The notes below the pieces were generated by a model, which saw only the letters and a program-made list of their open reading frames with translations, was not told where the DNA came from and made no database searches. Shown in pieces: positions 35,710 to 49,152 of a DNA stretch of 64,000 nucleotides. Source of the stretch: Anthoceros angustus (Eukaryota; Plantae; Anthocerotophyta). How positions within the stretch are numbered: the first letter of the stretch is position 1; every line of letters begins with the position of its first letter. Where the stretch lies: the NCBI GenBank assembly GCA_010909165.1, contig MU008163.1, forward strand, positions 1,922,001-1,986,000, written 5' to 3'. Position numbers and translations under genes: made by a program.

Positions 35710-36526
35710 ATGGCTACCACTAGCCTATTTGTTTTGTTGTTGCTATGTAGCAAGATCTCTAGCATGGCTATAAGGCAGATCCAATTTTCACTCCCCATTG
35801 GCCAAATTCGCTGAAACCTACTTTCCATGGATTCCTCCTTCCTAAAGTAGCACCGATGGACCATCCCCACCCCATCTCCTCTCCCTCTCCCCATGTGTCA
35901 CCAAATGATGTTCGATGTATCCTCCAGGCGTGATCGCCAAATTTTCCTCCTTTTCCTAAAGTAGTACCCATGGACCATCCCCACCTCCTCCCTCTCCCCA
36001 TGTGTCACCAAATGATGTTCGATGTATCCTCCAGGCGTGATCGCCAACTTTTCCTCCTTTTCCTAAAGTAGTACCCGATGGACCACCCCCACCCACATCT
36101 CCCTCTCCCTCTTCCCACGTGTCACCAAATGATGTTCTCATGTATCCTCCGAGCCGTGATCGCCAACTTTTCCTCCTTTTCCTAAAGTAGTGCCCGATGG
36201 ACCACCCCACCCCATCTCCCTCTCCCTCCTCCCACGTGTCACCAAATGATGTTCTCATGTATCCTCCGAGCCGTGATCGCCAACTTTTCCTCCTTTTCCT
36301 AAAGTAGTACCCGATGGACCATCCTCATCTCCTTCGCCTCTCCCTCTCCCCATGTGTCACCGAATGATGTTCCCATGTATCCTTGGGATCGATCGCCAAA
36401 GTTTTCCTCCTTTTCCCCAACGTAGTACACTATGGACCATCCTCCTCGCCTCGCCAGACTCAACATTTGCGGAAGATGTCAATGTTAATCATCTTCGCAA
36501 ATACGAACGATTTGTCTTTGAACTAA
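35710..36526 (+). CDS. Secreted Pro/Ser-rich multi-repeat protein, copy 5 (5 modules; frameshifted as assembled)
   Basis: Same ATG/signal peptide, modules and TAA. Confidence 0.68.
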
Positions 36527-38624
36527 GGTATGCTTGGTAGGAGATATAAATTTAACGTGTCCATAGTAATTTAGATGTATTTCTTTGCTCATTTTCATAA
36601 TTTGCACTTGCTTATAACATTTGATTGTTGTAATATTGTAGTTAGCTTGCGACCTCACCAAGCGTGGCATCCACAAACAAAGTAGGAGCAAACTCAAGGA
36701 GGTGCCTTTTGCAAAAGATTATGTCCTCGTGAAAATAGTGCATTTTGATAGAGCCTCGGAGGTATAAGAGCTTGTGAGCAGCTTGGTCAAGATAGGTATT
36801 TATTCTACGCCTTTTGCTCAACATAGACTTTGCACTTTAAAGATATATGTATGAGCTCTTGAAAATGAAGAGAGGTTCATAGAGTTTTGAGATGGATCAT
36901 TCTTGTACTTGAGGTGGAAAATATTCTCTTATTATTATCAATGAGAAAGCACCAAAATTGAGTTTCGATTGGTATTTTTTCATTGACATTTTACTACCTA
37001 CTCCCCAATTGTTACAACGAAAAGCCAAAAGAAATCCATAATGCTTGCATGCTATGAATCTCGCAAATACTACTGGACCCATTGCTTGCACGATGTTGCT
37101 AGTAGTCAACCTCATATGTTTGCCAATGAGGAGACATTAGTTATTCGGCTTACAATTAAGTCTGCATTTTATATTCCCTATATTGTTCGAGAAGTGTCAT
37201 GTCTGTCTATGTTGGTGGCCATGAATAGCTAGTTGCCTATGGCATGAGGTAGTTAATTTAGTGTTGCCAACTAGAATTGAACCGCTAGTGGACAAAGTTT
37301 TAGGCTAGGGTTCGTGAAGACTCCAATTGCTAGAAGTTATCGAATCGAGCATTGAAGCTACATTTCGTCTTGAATGCGGCACCCATATGCTGGACATGCT
37401 CGCAAATGGCCAAAGAAATTGAAGAATGAAGCTATGAAATGTGCAACCAGCACTTGAACCTTCTACTCACCATAACGTTACTATAATCATAGTATAGTTA
37501 TCTTGCTCGTTGTGTCTTCACACAGTATGGACAATTTGCAAACAATTAACACGCCTTCATCTACCACCAATCCTACCAAGGGCCTATCAACTATGCATGG
37601 ACACCATGGTCCACACTTATTTGGATCACCAAGTTGCTTGATCTCATCCGGGTGCTACAAGTGCGTGCCTCGCTTCACTTGACATCTCCTGGCCAGCCCA
37701 TGGGGTGTCCAGCTACTCCTACATTGCCAACTTCCGCTTGGTTAGGAGGTTGTCCGTGGAGGACAAACCTAGTCTCCGATGGCGCGAGATCATGAACTGC
37801 TTGTATGGAGATGGGCATCCGAAGAGGGCTCTGCTGCTGAGACACGAGTGCCTGTGCTAGATAGGGACATATCCGGGCATGGGTTGGAGTGCGATAGGAG
37901 GACATGGGCAATTGTATGGTTGCAATTTTGGCTCCATAAGGAGCTTGAGTGTTTCGACATTTTGGAACAACGCAGCAGCTTCCTCTTGGGAAGCGGACAT
38001 CTCGTGGTTTACCGCAAATGGTCGAGTGGAGAGGCTTTGAATACGCCTTGCGGATGACACAAAGGGTCGCGAATGGAACAAGCCCATACTTAATAGCATA
38101 TCGAACGCCATCGAGAAATCACCGAGAAGCCACCGTTGATCTCCACCGAGAAATCTCGATGGGGTCATGCACTCACGGGCCTGCACGTGTAGTTGTATCT
38201 TCTTATCGTTAGCCTCAGAACTACCTAACCACTCACTAGAATGCTTGATTAAGCAAACCCGAGTGAATGATCCCAAACTTAAAGTATGTGTGCATGAGTG
38301 AATTGATGCAAGAGTAGTACAACTTGTCAAAAGTTCCATCATATAGTAATTCCACATGGTACACCATAGTGTAAGTGAGATTTTGATATTTAATTTATAA
38401 TATTTATTATATATCTGATTTCATATATATAAAGATTAAAAGATGAAATTAATAAGTAATTACTTTGTAGCTAGTCTTGTCCATTGATTATCATGGAACT
38501 AAGTGTGATATCGAGATTGAGCAATATCATATCGAAACATAGAAACATTTTAGCCTATATATGTACACCACCGTGATTGCAAATAAGATACTTTTCTTTG
38601 TGTTGAAGTACTAGTTTGTGAAAG

Positions 38625-39652
38625 ATGGCTACCACTAGCCTATTTGTTTTGTTGTTGCTATGTAGCAAGATTCTAGCATGGCTATAAGACAGAGATCCAC
38701 CAATTCCCCCCATTGGCCAAATTCCGTTGAAACCTACTTTCCATGGATTCCTCCTTTTCCTAAAGTAGTACCCGATGGACCATCCCCACCCCATCTCCCT
38801 CTCCTCTCCCATGTGTCACCAAATGATGTTCGATGTATCCTCCAGTGATCGCCAAATTTTCCTCCTTTTCCTAAAGTAGTCACATGGACCATCCCCACCT
38901 CCCTCCTCTCCCATGTGTCACCAAATGATGAATGTATCCTCCAGGCGTGATCGCCAACTTTTCCTCCTTTTCCTAAAGTAGTACCCGATGGACCACCCCA
39001 CCCACATCTCCCTCCCTCTTCCCATGTCACCAAATGATGTTCGATGTATCCTCCAGCCGTGATCGCCAACTTTTCCTCCTTTTCCTAAAGTAGTACCCGA
39101 TGGACCACCCCACCCACATCTCCCTCTCCCTCTTCCCACGTGTCACCAAATGATGTTCTCATGTATCCTCCGAGCCGTGATCGCCAACTTTTCCTCCTTT
39201 TCCTAAAGTAGTGCCCGATGGACCACCCCACCCCATCTCCCTCTCCCACGTGTCACCAAATGATGTTCTCATGTATCCTCCGAGCCGTGATCGCCAACTT
39301 TTCCTCCTTTTCCTAAAGTACCCGATGGACCATCCTCATCTCCTTCGCCTCTCCTCTCCCATGTGTCACCAAATGATGTTCTCATGTATCCTCCGAGCCG
39401 TGATCGCCAACTTTTCCTCCTTTTCCTAAAGTAGTACCCGATGGACCATCCTCATCTCCTTCGCCTCTCCTCTCCCATGTGTCACCGAATGATGTTCCCA
39501 TGTATCCTCCGAGCCGTGATCGCCAAAGTTTTCCTCCTTTTCCCCAACGTAGTACACTATGGACCATCCTCCTCTCGCCTCGCCGACTCAACATTTGCGG
39601 AAGATGTCAATGTTAATCATCTTCGTGCAACAACGATTTGTCTTTGAACTAA
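38625..39652 (+). CDS. Secreted Pro/Ser-rich multi-repeat protein, copy 6 (7 modules; frameshifted as assembled)
   Basis: Same architecture. ORF 39211 shows HVSPNDVLMYPPSRDRQLF. Confidence 0.68.
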
Positions 39653-41759
39653 GGTATGCTTGCGGGTAGGAGATATAAATTTGCGTGTCCATAGTAATTT
39701 AGATGTATTTCTTTGCTCATTTTCATAATTTGCACTTGCTTATAACATTTGAATTGTTGTAACAATTGTAGTTAGCTTGCGACTCACCAAGCGTGGCATC
39801 CACAAATGTGCTAGGAGCAAACTCAAGGAGGTGCCTTTGCAAAGATTATGTCCTCTCGGTGCAAATAGTGCATTTTGATAGAGCCTCGGAGGTATAAGAG
39901 CTTGTGAGCAGCTTGGTCAAGATAGGTATTTATTCTCGTCCTTTTGCTCAACATAGACTTTGCACTTTAAAGATATATGTATGAGCTCTTGAAAATGAAG
40001 AGAGGTTCATAGAGTTTTTGAGATGGATCATTCTTGTACTTGAGGTGGAAAATATTCTCTTATTATTATCAATGAGAAAGCACCAAAATTGAGTTTCGAT
40101 TGGTATTTTTTCATTGACATTTTACTACCTACTCCCCAATTGTTACAACGAAAAGCCAAAGAAATCCATAATGCTTGCATGCTATGAATACGCCGCAAAT
40201 ACTATGGACCCATTGCTTGCACTGATGTTGCTAGTAGTCAACCTCATATGTTTGCCAATGAGGAGACATTAGTTATTCGATTACAATTAAGTCTCGCATT
40301 TTATATTCCTATATTGTTCTCGAGAAGTGTCATGTGTTCTATGTTGGTGGCCATGAATAGCTAGTTGCCTATGGCATGAGGTAGTTAATTTAGTGTTGCC
40401 AACTAGAATTGAGCGCTAGTGGACAAAGTTTTAGGCTAGGTTCGTGAAGACTCCAATTCAGAAGTTATCGAATCGAGCATTGAAGCTACATTTCGCCTTG
40501 AATGCAGCACCCATATGCTGGACATGCTCGCAAATGGCCAAAGAAATTGAAGAATGAAGCTATGAAATGTGCAACCAGCACTTGAACCTTCTACTCACCA
40601 TAACGCTACTATAATCATAGTATCTCGAGTTATCTTGCTCCGTGTCTTCACAGCAGCATGGACAATTTGCAAACAATTAACACGCCTTCATCTACCACCA
40701 ATCCTCAAGGGGTCTATCAACTATGCATGGACACCATGGTCCACACTTATTTGGATCACCAAGTTGCTTGATCTCATCTCGGGTGCTACAAGTGCACTCG
40801 CTTTCTTCACTTGACATCGTGTCTCCTGCAGCCACCCCCATGGGGTGTCCACTACTCCTACATTGCCAACTTCGGCGCTTGGTTAGGAGGTTGTCCGTGG
40901 AGGACAAACCTAGTCTCCGGGCGGCGCAGATCATGAACTGCTTGTATGGAGATGGGCATCCAAGAGGGCTCTGCCCTGGCTTGAGACCGAGTGCCCAGCT
41001 AGATAGGGACATATCCAGCATGGCATGGAGTGCGATAGGAGGACATGGGCAATTGTATGGTTGCAATTTTGGCTCCATAAGGAGCTCAGTGTTTCGACAT
41101 TTTGGAACAACGTGCTTCCTCTTGGGAAGCGAGACATCTCGTGGTTTATCGCAAATGGTCGAGGTGGAGAGGCTTTGAACACGCCTGCGGATGACACAAA
41201 GGGTCATGAATGGAACAAGCCCATACTTAATAGCATATCGAACGCCTCGAGAAATCACCGAGAAGCCACTGCTGATCTCCAGAAATCACGATGGGGTCAT
41301 GCACCTCACGGCCTGCATCGGCGTGTAGTTGTATCTTCTTATCGCTAGCCTCCTCAGAACTACCTAACCACTCACTAGAATGCTTGATTAAAAGGAGTGA
41401 ATGATCCCAAACTTAAAGTATGTGTGCATGAGTGAATTGATGCAAGAGTAGTACAACTTGTCAAAAGTTCCATCATATAGTAATTCCACATGGTACACCA
41501 TAGTGTAAGTGAGATTTTGATATTTAATTTATAATATTTATTATATATCTGATTTCATATATATAAAGATTAAAAAGATGAAATTAATAAGTAATTACTT
41601 TGTAGCTAGTCTTGTCCATTGATTATCATGGAACTAAGTGTGATATCGAGATTGAGCAATATCATATCGAAACATAGAAACATTTTAGCCTATATATGTA
41701 CACTACCGTGATTGCAAATAAGATACTTTTCTTTGTGTTGAAGTACTAGTTTGTGAAAG

Positions 41760-42698
41760 ATGGCTACCACTAGCCTATTTGTTTTGTTGTTGCTATGTAG
41801 CAGCATCTCTAGCATGGCTATAAGAGTAGCATCCAATTTTCACTCCCCATTGGCCAAATTCGTTGAAACCTACTTTCCATGGATTCCCTCCTTTTCCTAA
41901 AGTAGTACGATGGACCATCCCCACCTCCTCCTCTCCCCATGTGTCACCAAATGATGTTCGATGTATCCTCCGTATGTGATCGCCAACTTTTCCTCCTTTT
42001 CCTAAAGTAGTACCCGATGGACCACCCCACCCCACATCTCCCTCCCTCTTCCCACGTGTCACCAAATGATGTTCTCATGTATCCTCCGAGCCGTGATCGC
42101 CAACTTTTCCTCCTTTTCCTAAAGTAGTGCCCGATGGACCACCCCACCCCCATCTCCCTCTCCCTCCTCCCACGTGTCACCAAATGATGTTCTCATGTAT
42201 CCTCCAGGCGTGATCGCCAACTTTTCCTCCTTTTCCTAAAGTAGTACCCGATGGACCACCCCACCCCACATCTCCTCTCCTCTTCCCACGTGTCACCAAA
42301 TGATGTTCTCATGTATCCTCCGAGCCGTGATCGCCAACTTTTCCTCCTTTTCCTAAAGTAGTGCCCGATGGACCACCCCACCCCCATCTCCCTCTCCTCC
42401 TCCCACGTGTCACCAAATGATGTTCTCATGTATCCTCCGAGCCGTGATCGCCAACTTTTCCTCCTTTTCCTAAAGTAGTACCCGATGGACCATCCTCATC
42501 TCCTTCGCCTCTCCCTCTCCCCATGTGTCACCGAATGATGTTCCCATGTATCCTTGGATCCGATCGCCAAAGTTTTCCTCCTTTTCCCCAACGTAGTACA
42601 CTATGGACCATCCTCCTCTCGCTCGCCAGACTCAACATTTGCGGAAGATGTCAATGTTAATCATCTTCGCAAATACGAACGATTTGTCTTTGAACTAA
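41760..42698 (+). CDS. Secreted Pro/Ser-rich multi-repeat protein, copy 7 (6 modules; frameshifted as assembled)
   Basis: MATTSLFVLLLLCSSISSMAIR is intact. ORF 42554 shows FPNVVHYGPSSSRSPDSTFAEDVNVNHLR. Confidence 0.68.
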
Positions 42699-44804
42699 GG
42701 TATGCTTGCGGGTGGAGATATAAATTTGCGTGTCCATAGTAATTTAGATGTATTTCTTTGCTCATTTTCATAATTTGCACTTGCTTATAACATTTGATTG
42801 TTGTAACAATTGTAGTTAGCTTGCGACCTCACCAAGCGTGGCATCCACAAGCAGTGCTAGGAGCAAACTCAAGGAGGTGCCTTTGCAAAGATTATGTCCT
42901 CTCGGTAGCAAATAGTGCATTTTGATAGAGCCTCGGAGGTATAAGAGCTTGTGAGCAGTCGATAGGTATTTATTCTCGTCTTTGCTCAACATAGACTTTG
43001 CACTTTAAAGATATATGTATGAGCTCTTGAAAATGAAGAGAGGTTCATAGAGTTTTGAGATGGATCATTCTTGTACTTGAGGTGGAAAATATTCTCTTAT
43101 TATTATCAATGAGAAAGCACCAAAATTGAGTTTCGATTGGTATTTTTTCATTGACATTTTACTACCTACTCCCAATTGTTACTCTAAAAGCCAAAAGAAA
43201 TCCATAATGCTTGCATGCTATGAATACGGCCGCAAATACTCTGGACCCATTGCTTGCACTGATGTTGCTAGTAGTCAACCTCATATGTTTGCCAATGAGG
43301 AGACATTAGTTATTCGCCACAATTAAGTGCATTTTATATTCCTATATTGTTCGAGAAGTGTCATGTTCGTGTCTATGTTGGTGGCCATGAATAGCTAGTT
43401 GCCTATGGCATGAGGTAGTTAATTTAGTGTTGCCAACTAGAATTGAACCGCTAGTGGACAAAGTTTTAGGCTAGGGTTCGTGAAGACTCCAATTGCTAGA
43501 AGTTATCGAATCGAGCATTGAAGCTACATTTCGTCTTGAATGCAGCACCCATATGCCTGGACATGCTCTGCAAATGGCCAAAGAAATTGAAGAATGAAGC
43601 TATGAAATGTGCAACCAGGACTTGAACCTTCTACTCACCATAACGTTACTATAATCATAGTATCTGAGTTATCTTGCTCCGTTGTGTCTTCACAACAGGC
43701 ATGGACAATTTGCAAACAATTAACACGCCTTCATCTACCACCAATCCAGGTCAAGGGGTCTATCAACTATGCATGGACACCATGGTCCACACTTATTTGG
43801 ATCACCAAGTTGCTTGATCTCATCTGGTGCTACAAGTGCCCTCGTTTCTTCACTTGACATCGGGTCTCCTGCAGGCCTGCCATGGGGTGTCTCTACTCCT
43901 ACATTGCCAACTTCGGTAGCTTGGTTGGAGGTTGTCCGTGGAGGACAAACCTAGTCTCCGGCGGCGAGATCATGAACATTTGTGTATGGAGATGGGCATC
44001 AAGAGGGCTCTGCGCCTCGGTTGAGACCTCGAGTGCCTGTGCAGCTAGATAGGGACATATCCAGGCATGGGCTGGAGTGCGATAGGAGGACATGGGCAAT
44101 TGTATGGCTGCAATTTTGGCTCCATAAGGAGCTTGAGTGTTTCGACATTTTGGAACAACGCTGCTTCCTCTTGGGCGAGACATCTCGGGGTTTCTGCAAA
44201 TGGTCGAGGTGGAGAGGCTTTGAATACGCCCTTGCGGATGACACAAAAGGGTGGAATGGAACAAGCCCATACTTAATAGCATATCGAACGCTACTTTGAA
44301 ATCACCGAGAAGCCACCGTTGATCCACCGAGAAATCTACGATGGGGTCATGCACCTCACGGGCCGCATCGGCGGTGTAGTTGTATCTTCTTATCGTTAGC
44401 CTCGTAACTACCTAACCACTCACTAGAATGCTTGATTAAGCAAACCAGTGAATGATCCCAAACTTAAAGTATGTGTGCATGAGTGAATTGCAAAAGAGTA
44501 GTACAACTTGTCAAAAGTTCCATCATATAGTAATTCCACATGGTACACCATAGTGTAAGTGAGATTTTGATATTTAATTTATAATATTTATTATATATCT
44601 GATTTCATATATATAAGATTAAAAGATGAAATTAATAAGTAATTACTTGTAGCTAGTCTTGTCCATTGATTATCATGGAACTAAGTGTGATATCGAGATT
44701 GAGCAATATCATATCGAAACATAGAAACATTTTAGCCTATATATGTACACTCATGATTGCAAATAAGATACTTTTCTTTGTGTTGAAGTACTAGTTTGTG
44801 AAAG

Positions 44805-45510
44805 ATGGCTACCACTAGCCTATTTGTTTTGTTGTTGCTATGTAGCAGCATCTCTAGCATGGCTATAAGATGAGCCCGTATCCAATTTTCACTCCCCATT
44901 GGCCAAATTAGTGAAACCTACTTTCCATGGATTCCTCCTTTTCCTAAAGTAGTACCCGATGGACCATCCCCACCTCCTCTCCCTCTCCCATGTGTCACCA
45001 AATGATGTTCGATGTATCCTCCGGGCGTGATCGCCAACTTTTCCTCCTTTTCCTAAAGTAGTACGATGGACCACCCCACCCCACATCTCCCTCTCTCCTC
45101 TTCCCACGTGTCACCAAATGATGTTCTCATGTATCCTCCAGCCGTGATCGCCAACTTTTCCTCCTTTTCCTAAAGTAGTGCCCGATGGACCACCCCACCC
45201 CATCTCCCTCTCCCTCCCACGTGTCACCAAATGATGTTCTCATGTATCCTCCGGGCGTGATCGCCAACTTTTCCTCCTTTTCCTAAAGTAGTACCCGATG
45301 GACCATCCTCATCTCCTTCGCCTCTCCCCATGTGTCACCGAATGATGTTCCCATGTATCCTTCGGATCCGACGCCAAAGTTTTCCTCCTTTTCCCCAACG
45401 TAGTACACTATGGACCATCCTCCTCTCGCTCTCGCTCAGACTCAACATTTGCGGAAGATGTCAATGTTAATCATCTTCGTGCAAATACGAACGATTTGTC
45501 TGTGAACTAA
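44805..45510 (+). CDS. Secreted Pro/Ser-rich multi-repeat protein, copy 8 (4 modules; frameshifted as assembled)
   Basis: MATTSLFVLLLLCSSISSMAIR is intact; same modules and TAA. Confidence 0.68.
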
Positions 45511-46588
45511 GGTATGCTTGCGGGTAGGAGATATAAATTTGCGTGTCCATAGTAATTTAGATGTATTTCTTTGCTCATTTTCATAATTTGCACTTGCTTA
45601 TAACATTTGATTGTTGTAACAATTGTAGTTAGCTTGCGACCTCACCAAGCGTGGCATCCACAAATGTGCTAGAGCAAACTCAAGGAGGTGCCTTTTGCAA
45701 AGATTATGTCCTCTCGAGTAAATAGTGCATTTGATAGAGCCTCGGAGGTATAAGAGCTTGTGAGCAGCTTGAAGATAGGTATTTATTCTACGCCTTTTGC
45801 TCAACATAGACTTTGCACTTTAAAGATATATGTATGAGCTCTTGAAAATGAAGAGAGGTTCATAGAGTTTTTGAGATGGATCATTCTTGTACTTGAGGTG
45901 GAAAATATTCTCTTATTATTATCAATGAGAAAGCACCAAAATTGAGTTTCGATTGGTATTTTTTCATTGACATTTTACTACCTACTCCCAATTGTTACAA
46001 CGAAAGCCAAAAGAAATCCATAATGCTTGCATGCTATGAATACGCCGCAAATACTATCGACCCATTGCTTGCACTGATGTTGCTAGTAGTCAACCTCATA
46101 TGTTTGCAGGAGACATTAGTTATTCGTTACAATTAAGTGCATTTTATATTCCCTATATTGTTCTGAGAAGTGTCATGTTCGTGTCTATGTTGGTGGCCAT
46201 GAATAGCTAGTTGCCTATGGCATGAGGTAGTTAATTTAGTGTTGCCAACTAGAATTGAACTGCTTGTGGACAAAATTCTAGGCTAGGGCAGACTAAGGCT
46301 AAGGCTAGACGCGTTTAGCTCAAATATTTGAGAAACATATCGAATCATCGATATGTCGGGCACCTTTGCGCGGACCCATGACACAATGCCTCTACATCCA
46401 CAACTACCAAATGTGAACGCTCCAATGACTTGCAATGTGCACACTTCTCTTAATATTTACCTCACACCATAACATTATCTGTCTCAAAAGGAGTACAATG
46501 GAGGAAATTAAGTGAACCCAATGAATTATGCATGTGTGGGGTGGGAGCGCAATAACTCGAAAAAGTATTACGTGCAACCGTATACCTA

Positions 46589-47820
46589 CAGTCAGACCCC
46601 TCTAATTGGGAACAATTGGGAGTAGCAAAAATCGTCCCATTTAGAGGGGTTCCCGATTAGGCATTTTCATCTTTTTTTGAAAATTAAAATATTTAAAAAA
46701 TCAAAAAATCCTTTAAATCAAAAATTCGAAAGAGCTTAAAAGCTTCCAAAAATCCAAAAACAATCCAAAAATCCAAAATGCTCCCTCATACTACATAGCC
46801 AACCTAATTCTAGTTTGCGGGTTAAAATAATCATCAATCCTTGATTGATCTTTGAGTTACTTTCATCCAATGACTAGCAATATGTTTTTCCAAGCGAGAA
46901 TGCAACTTCAAAGCATCAAGAGTGTTATGTGGCATCTCTTCCAAAACATCTTCACTATCCTCATAGCATTATCTACAGATCCTTTGTCGACGCGGTCTTG
47001 GCGCTATGGTCTCGACGTATCATTCTCCTCACCCCGCTCATTGACAAAGTGAGGGATTAATGCTTGCCATATTTCGTCCTCGTAGGAATATCGTAGTCTC
47101 CAATCCTTCATCCTCCTCAAAGTTCGGATACTCTTCACATCGTTGGATATCCAACATCAAGAATGGCGGTCCAACCATTTGTCTTTGTCATTCACAATCC
47201 TAGACAATGCACTTTTAGAAGTCGCTATTGAAAACTTCTGTTGTCCATCTAGTCAACTCCTTAAGTGTGCAAGAGTGTTGGACATAATATTCACAAACCT
47301 CTTTCTTTTGTTGCTTTGTTAGGGTAGCATGCTTGCGGCCGTTCTTGATTATTCTTTGGCCGCACAAGCCTTCACGTTCTTTGGCTATTCTTTGGCCTTT
47401 AACACCATAACACAACTTACAACACCATAAGACAACTTTTACAAATGAAACAACTTATGTACTAGGAACAATGCTTGATCACAAAGCATAGTGTACGTAA
47501 CTACTACGTATATAGGCCCAATCTCGATGACTGTCTATGTTTTATGATATAATCTCGATAGCCTTTAACTTGACATAATCTCAATAACTCATGGTTTAAC
47601 CTCGATAAGACGATTTCCTCAATTTTTTTTATTTTTTTTTAAATATGTATTTTCCCTTTTACAGAGGTGTACTTGCATTGAATGTTTGGGAGACATGTTC
47701 CCATTTACAAATTAGAGGGGTTTCCCATTTAGCATGTAGCACATTCAAGGGAGTAAGCCCGGGCGTCCCATTTAAAGGGGGTTCCCATTTATAGGGGTCC
47801 CAATTAGAGGGGTTTGACTG
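46589..47820 (-). mobile_element. Internally deleted pogo/Tigger-like (Tc1/mariner superfamily) DNA transposon
   Basis: TA|CAGTCAGACCCCTCTAATTGGGA ... TCCCAATTAGAGGGGTTTGACTG|TA terminal repeats with TA duplication. Minus-strand remnants: CENP-B-type HTH (RKHATLTKQQKKEVCEY...TLKELTRW...F) and a C-terminal PIP-box-like QSRIDDYF near 46823-46850. Confidence 0.88.
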
Positions 47821-49152
47821 TATGTGTACACGTGGGCTTCCTCGATTGTTGAAATCATGTTCTTCGGATGTTAGGCCTGGTCTACTTAAAAATAGCTATT
47901 TTTTCAAAGCATAGCCTCAACTACGTCGACCCGCGTCGAACGGGGCTCATCTCCCTCATGTGAGTCTTTGAAACGCGAGACCTTTTCTCAAGTTAAGTAT
48001 GATGGATGTGCTTTTTTTTTTAGTGAATAAACCAGGGATTTAGATTTCATTTAATTTATAGGACCCCGAAGAACATTACAACATCGAGCTTTGACTAGGG
48101 AGCCCGGAGAACCTTACAATAGCCGCCCATTACGGGCATACATCATATATCGGGGAATAACATAACATCTTGTATATGAGGCGGGCTTGAACGGCTTAAC
48201 AATAGCAGGCCATTTTTGCGGCGAGACAACGAAAGATGGTATATCATGGGGCTTTGAAAAGCTTTTCACAATAGGCAAGAGCAAGCATAGATGAGGTACA
48301 TCGGGATAGGTCGATGGTACCCCATCCTCGGAGTAATCCAAGGGGAGGGGAGGTTGCACAACCATGGTGTTCCAACGAACCAATGACACAAGCTAAGTAT
48401 TAACGTAGTAAATGGATAAATAAAAATACATCTTATAGAAAAACCTCAAAGAACTCATGAAAAATAGTTTTCCGACGCCGTTTCTACTCATGTCCTGAGT
48501 CCCCACTGATAAAAATGAGGCCTTTCCGAGGAGGGAGAAAATTCGGCAGGATATTTGAGAACCAACCCGATAAGTCGGCAACAAGAACAGGGGATCTGCA
48601 CAACTTTGCAGCCACAGCTCCGATGCAAAAGCATGCAGTGTAGAGAGCACAACGATAGTTGCAACGCGGTGAGACACAATATTGTTTTGGAATGTACAGG
48701 TGAACAACAACAGAAATGATATGTTACAATAACTTGCGGATGCAGGGAATGAAGACCTCCCATTCAAGATCTGTTCGAACCGGTTTAGGGCAGTCGGGTA
48801 CTCCTTGCTGACATTTCGTGAAGACTCCAGTTACTGGAGCTTGTCGAATCGAGCATTGAAGCTACATTCCGTCTTGAATGCTGCACCCATATGCATGCTC
48901 TGCTGCTGGCCAAAGAAATTGAAGAACGAAGCCCTGAAATGTGCAACCGAAGCTTCTACTCACCATGGCTAGTTACTACAATCACAGTATCTGAGTTATC
49001 CTGCTCCGTTGCGTCTGCACAACAGGCATGGACAGTTTGTAAACAATTAACACGCCTTCATCCACCACCAGACACAGTCAAGCAGGCTGCTGTGCATTGA
49101 CACCATGGTCCACACTTATTTGCATCACTCAGCTTCTTGATCTCTTCTAGGG

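Larger units (their letters stand above)
23364..46288 (+). repeat. Tandem array of 8 units (7 complete + 1 partial), period ~2.78-3.14 kb, with a nested ~120-bp coding minisatellite
   Basis: Marker gatcatgaac at 23461, 26398, 29204, 31982, 34890, 37788, 40929, 43968. Internal sub-repeat counts of 5,4,4,5,5,7,6,4 account for the period differences. Confidence 0.97.

Noticed and set aside
23364-46288. Array as tandem Helitron/LTR/rDNA units, and the many short ORFs listed inside it
   Set aside because: No terminal repeats, Helitron ends, transposase/RT or rRNA sequence recognised. The listed ORFs are off-frame or antisense fragments.
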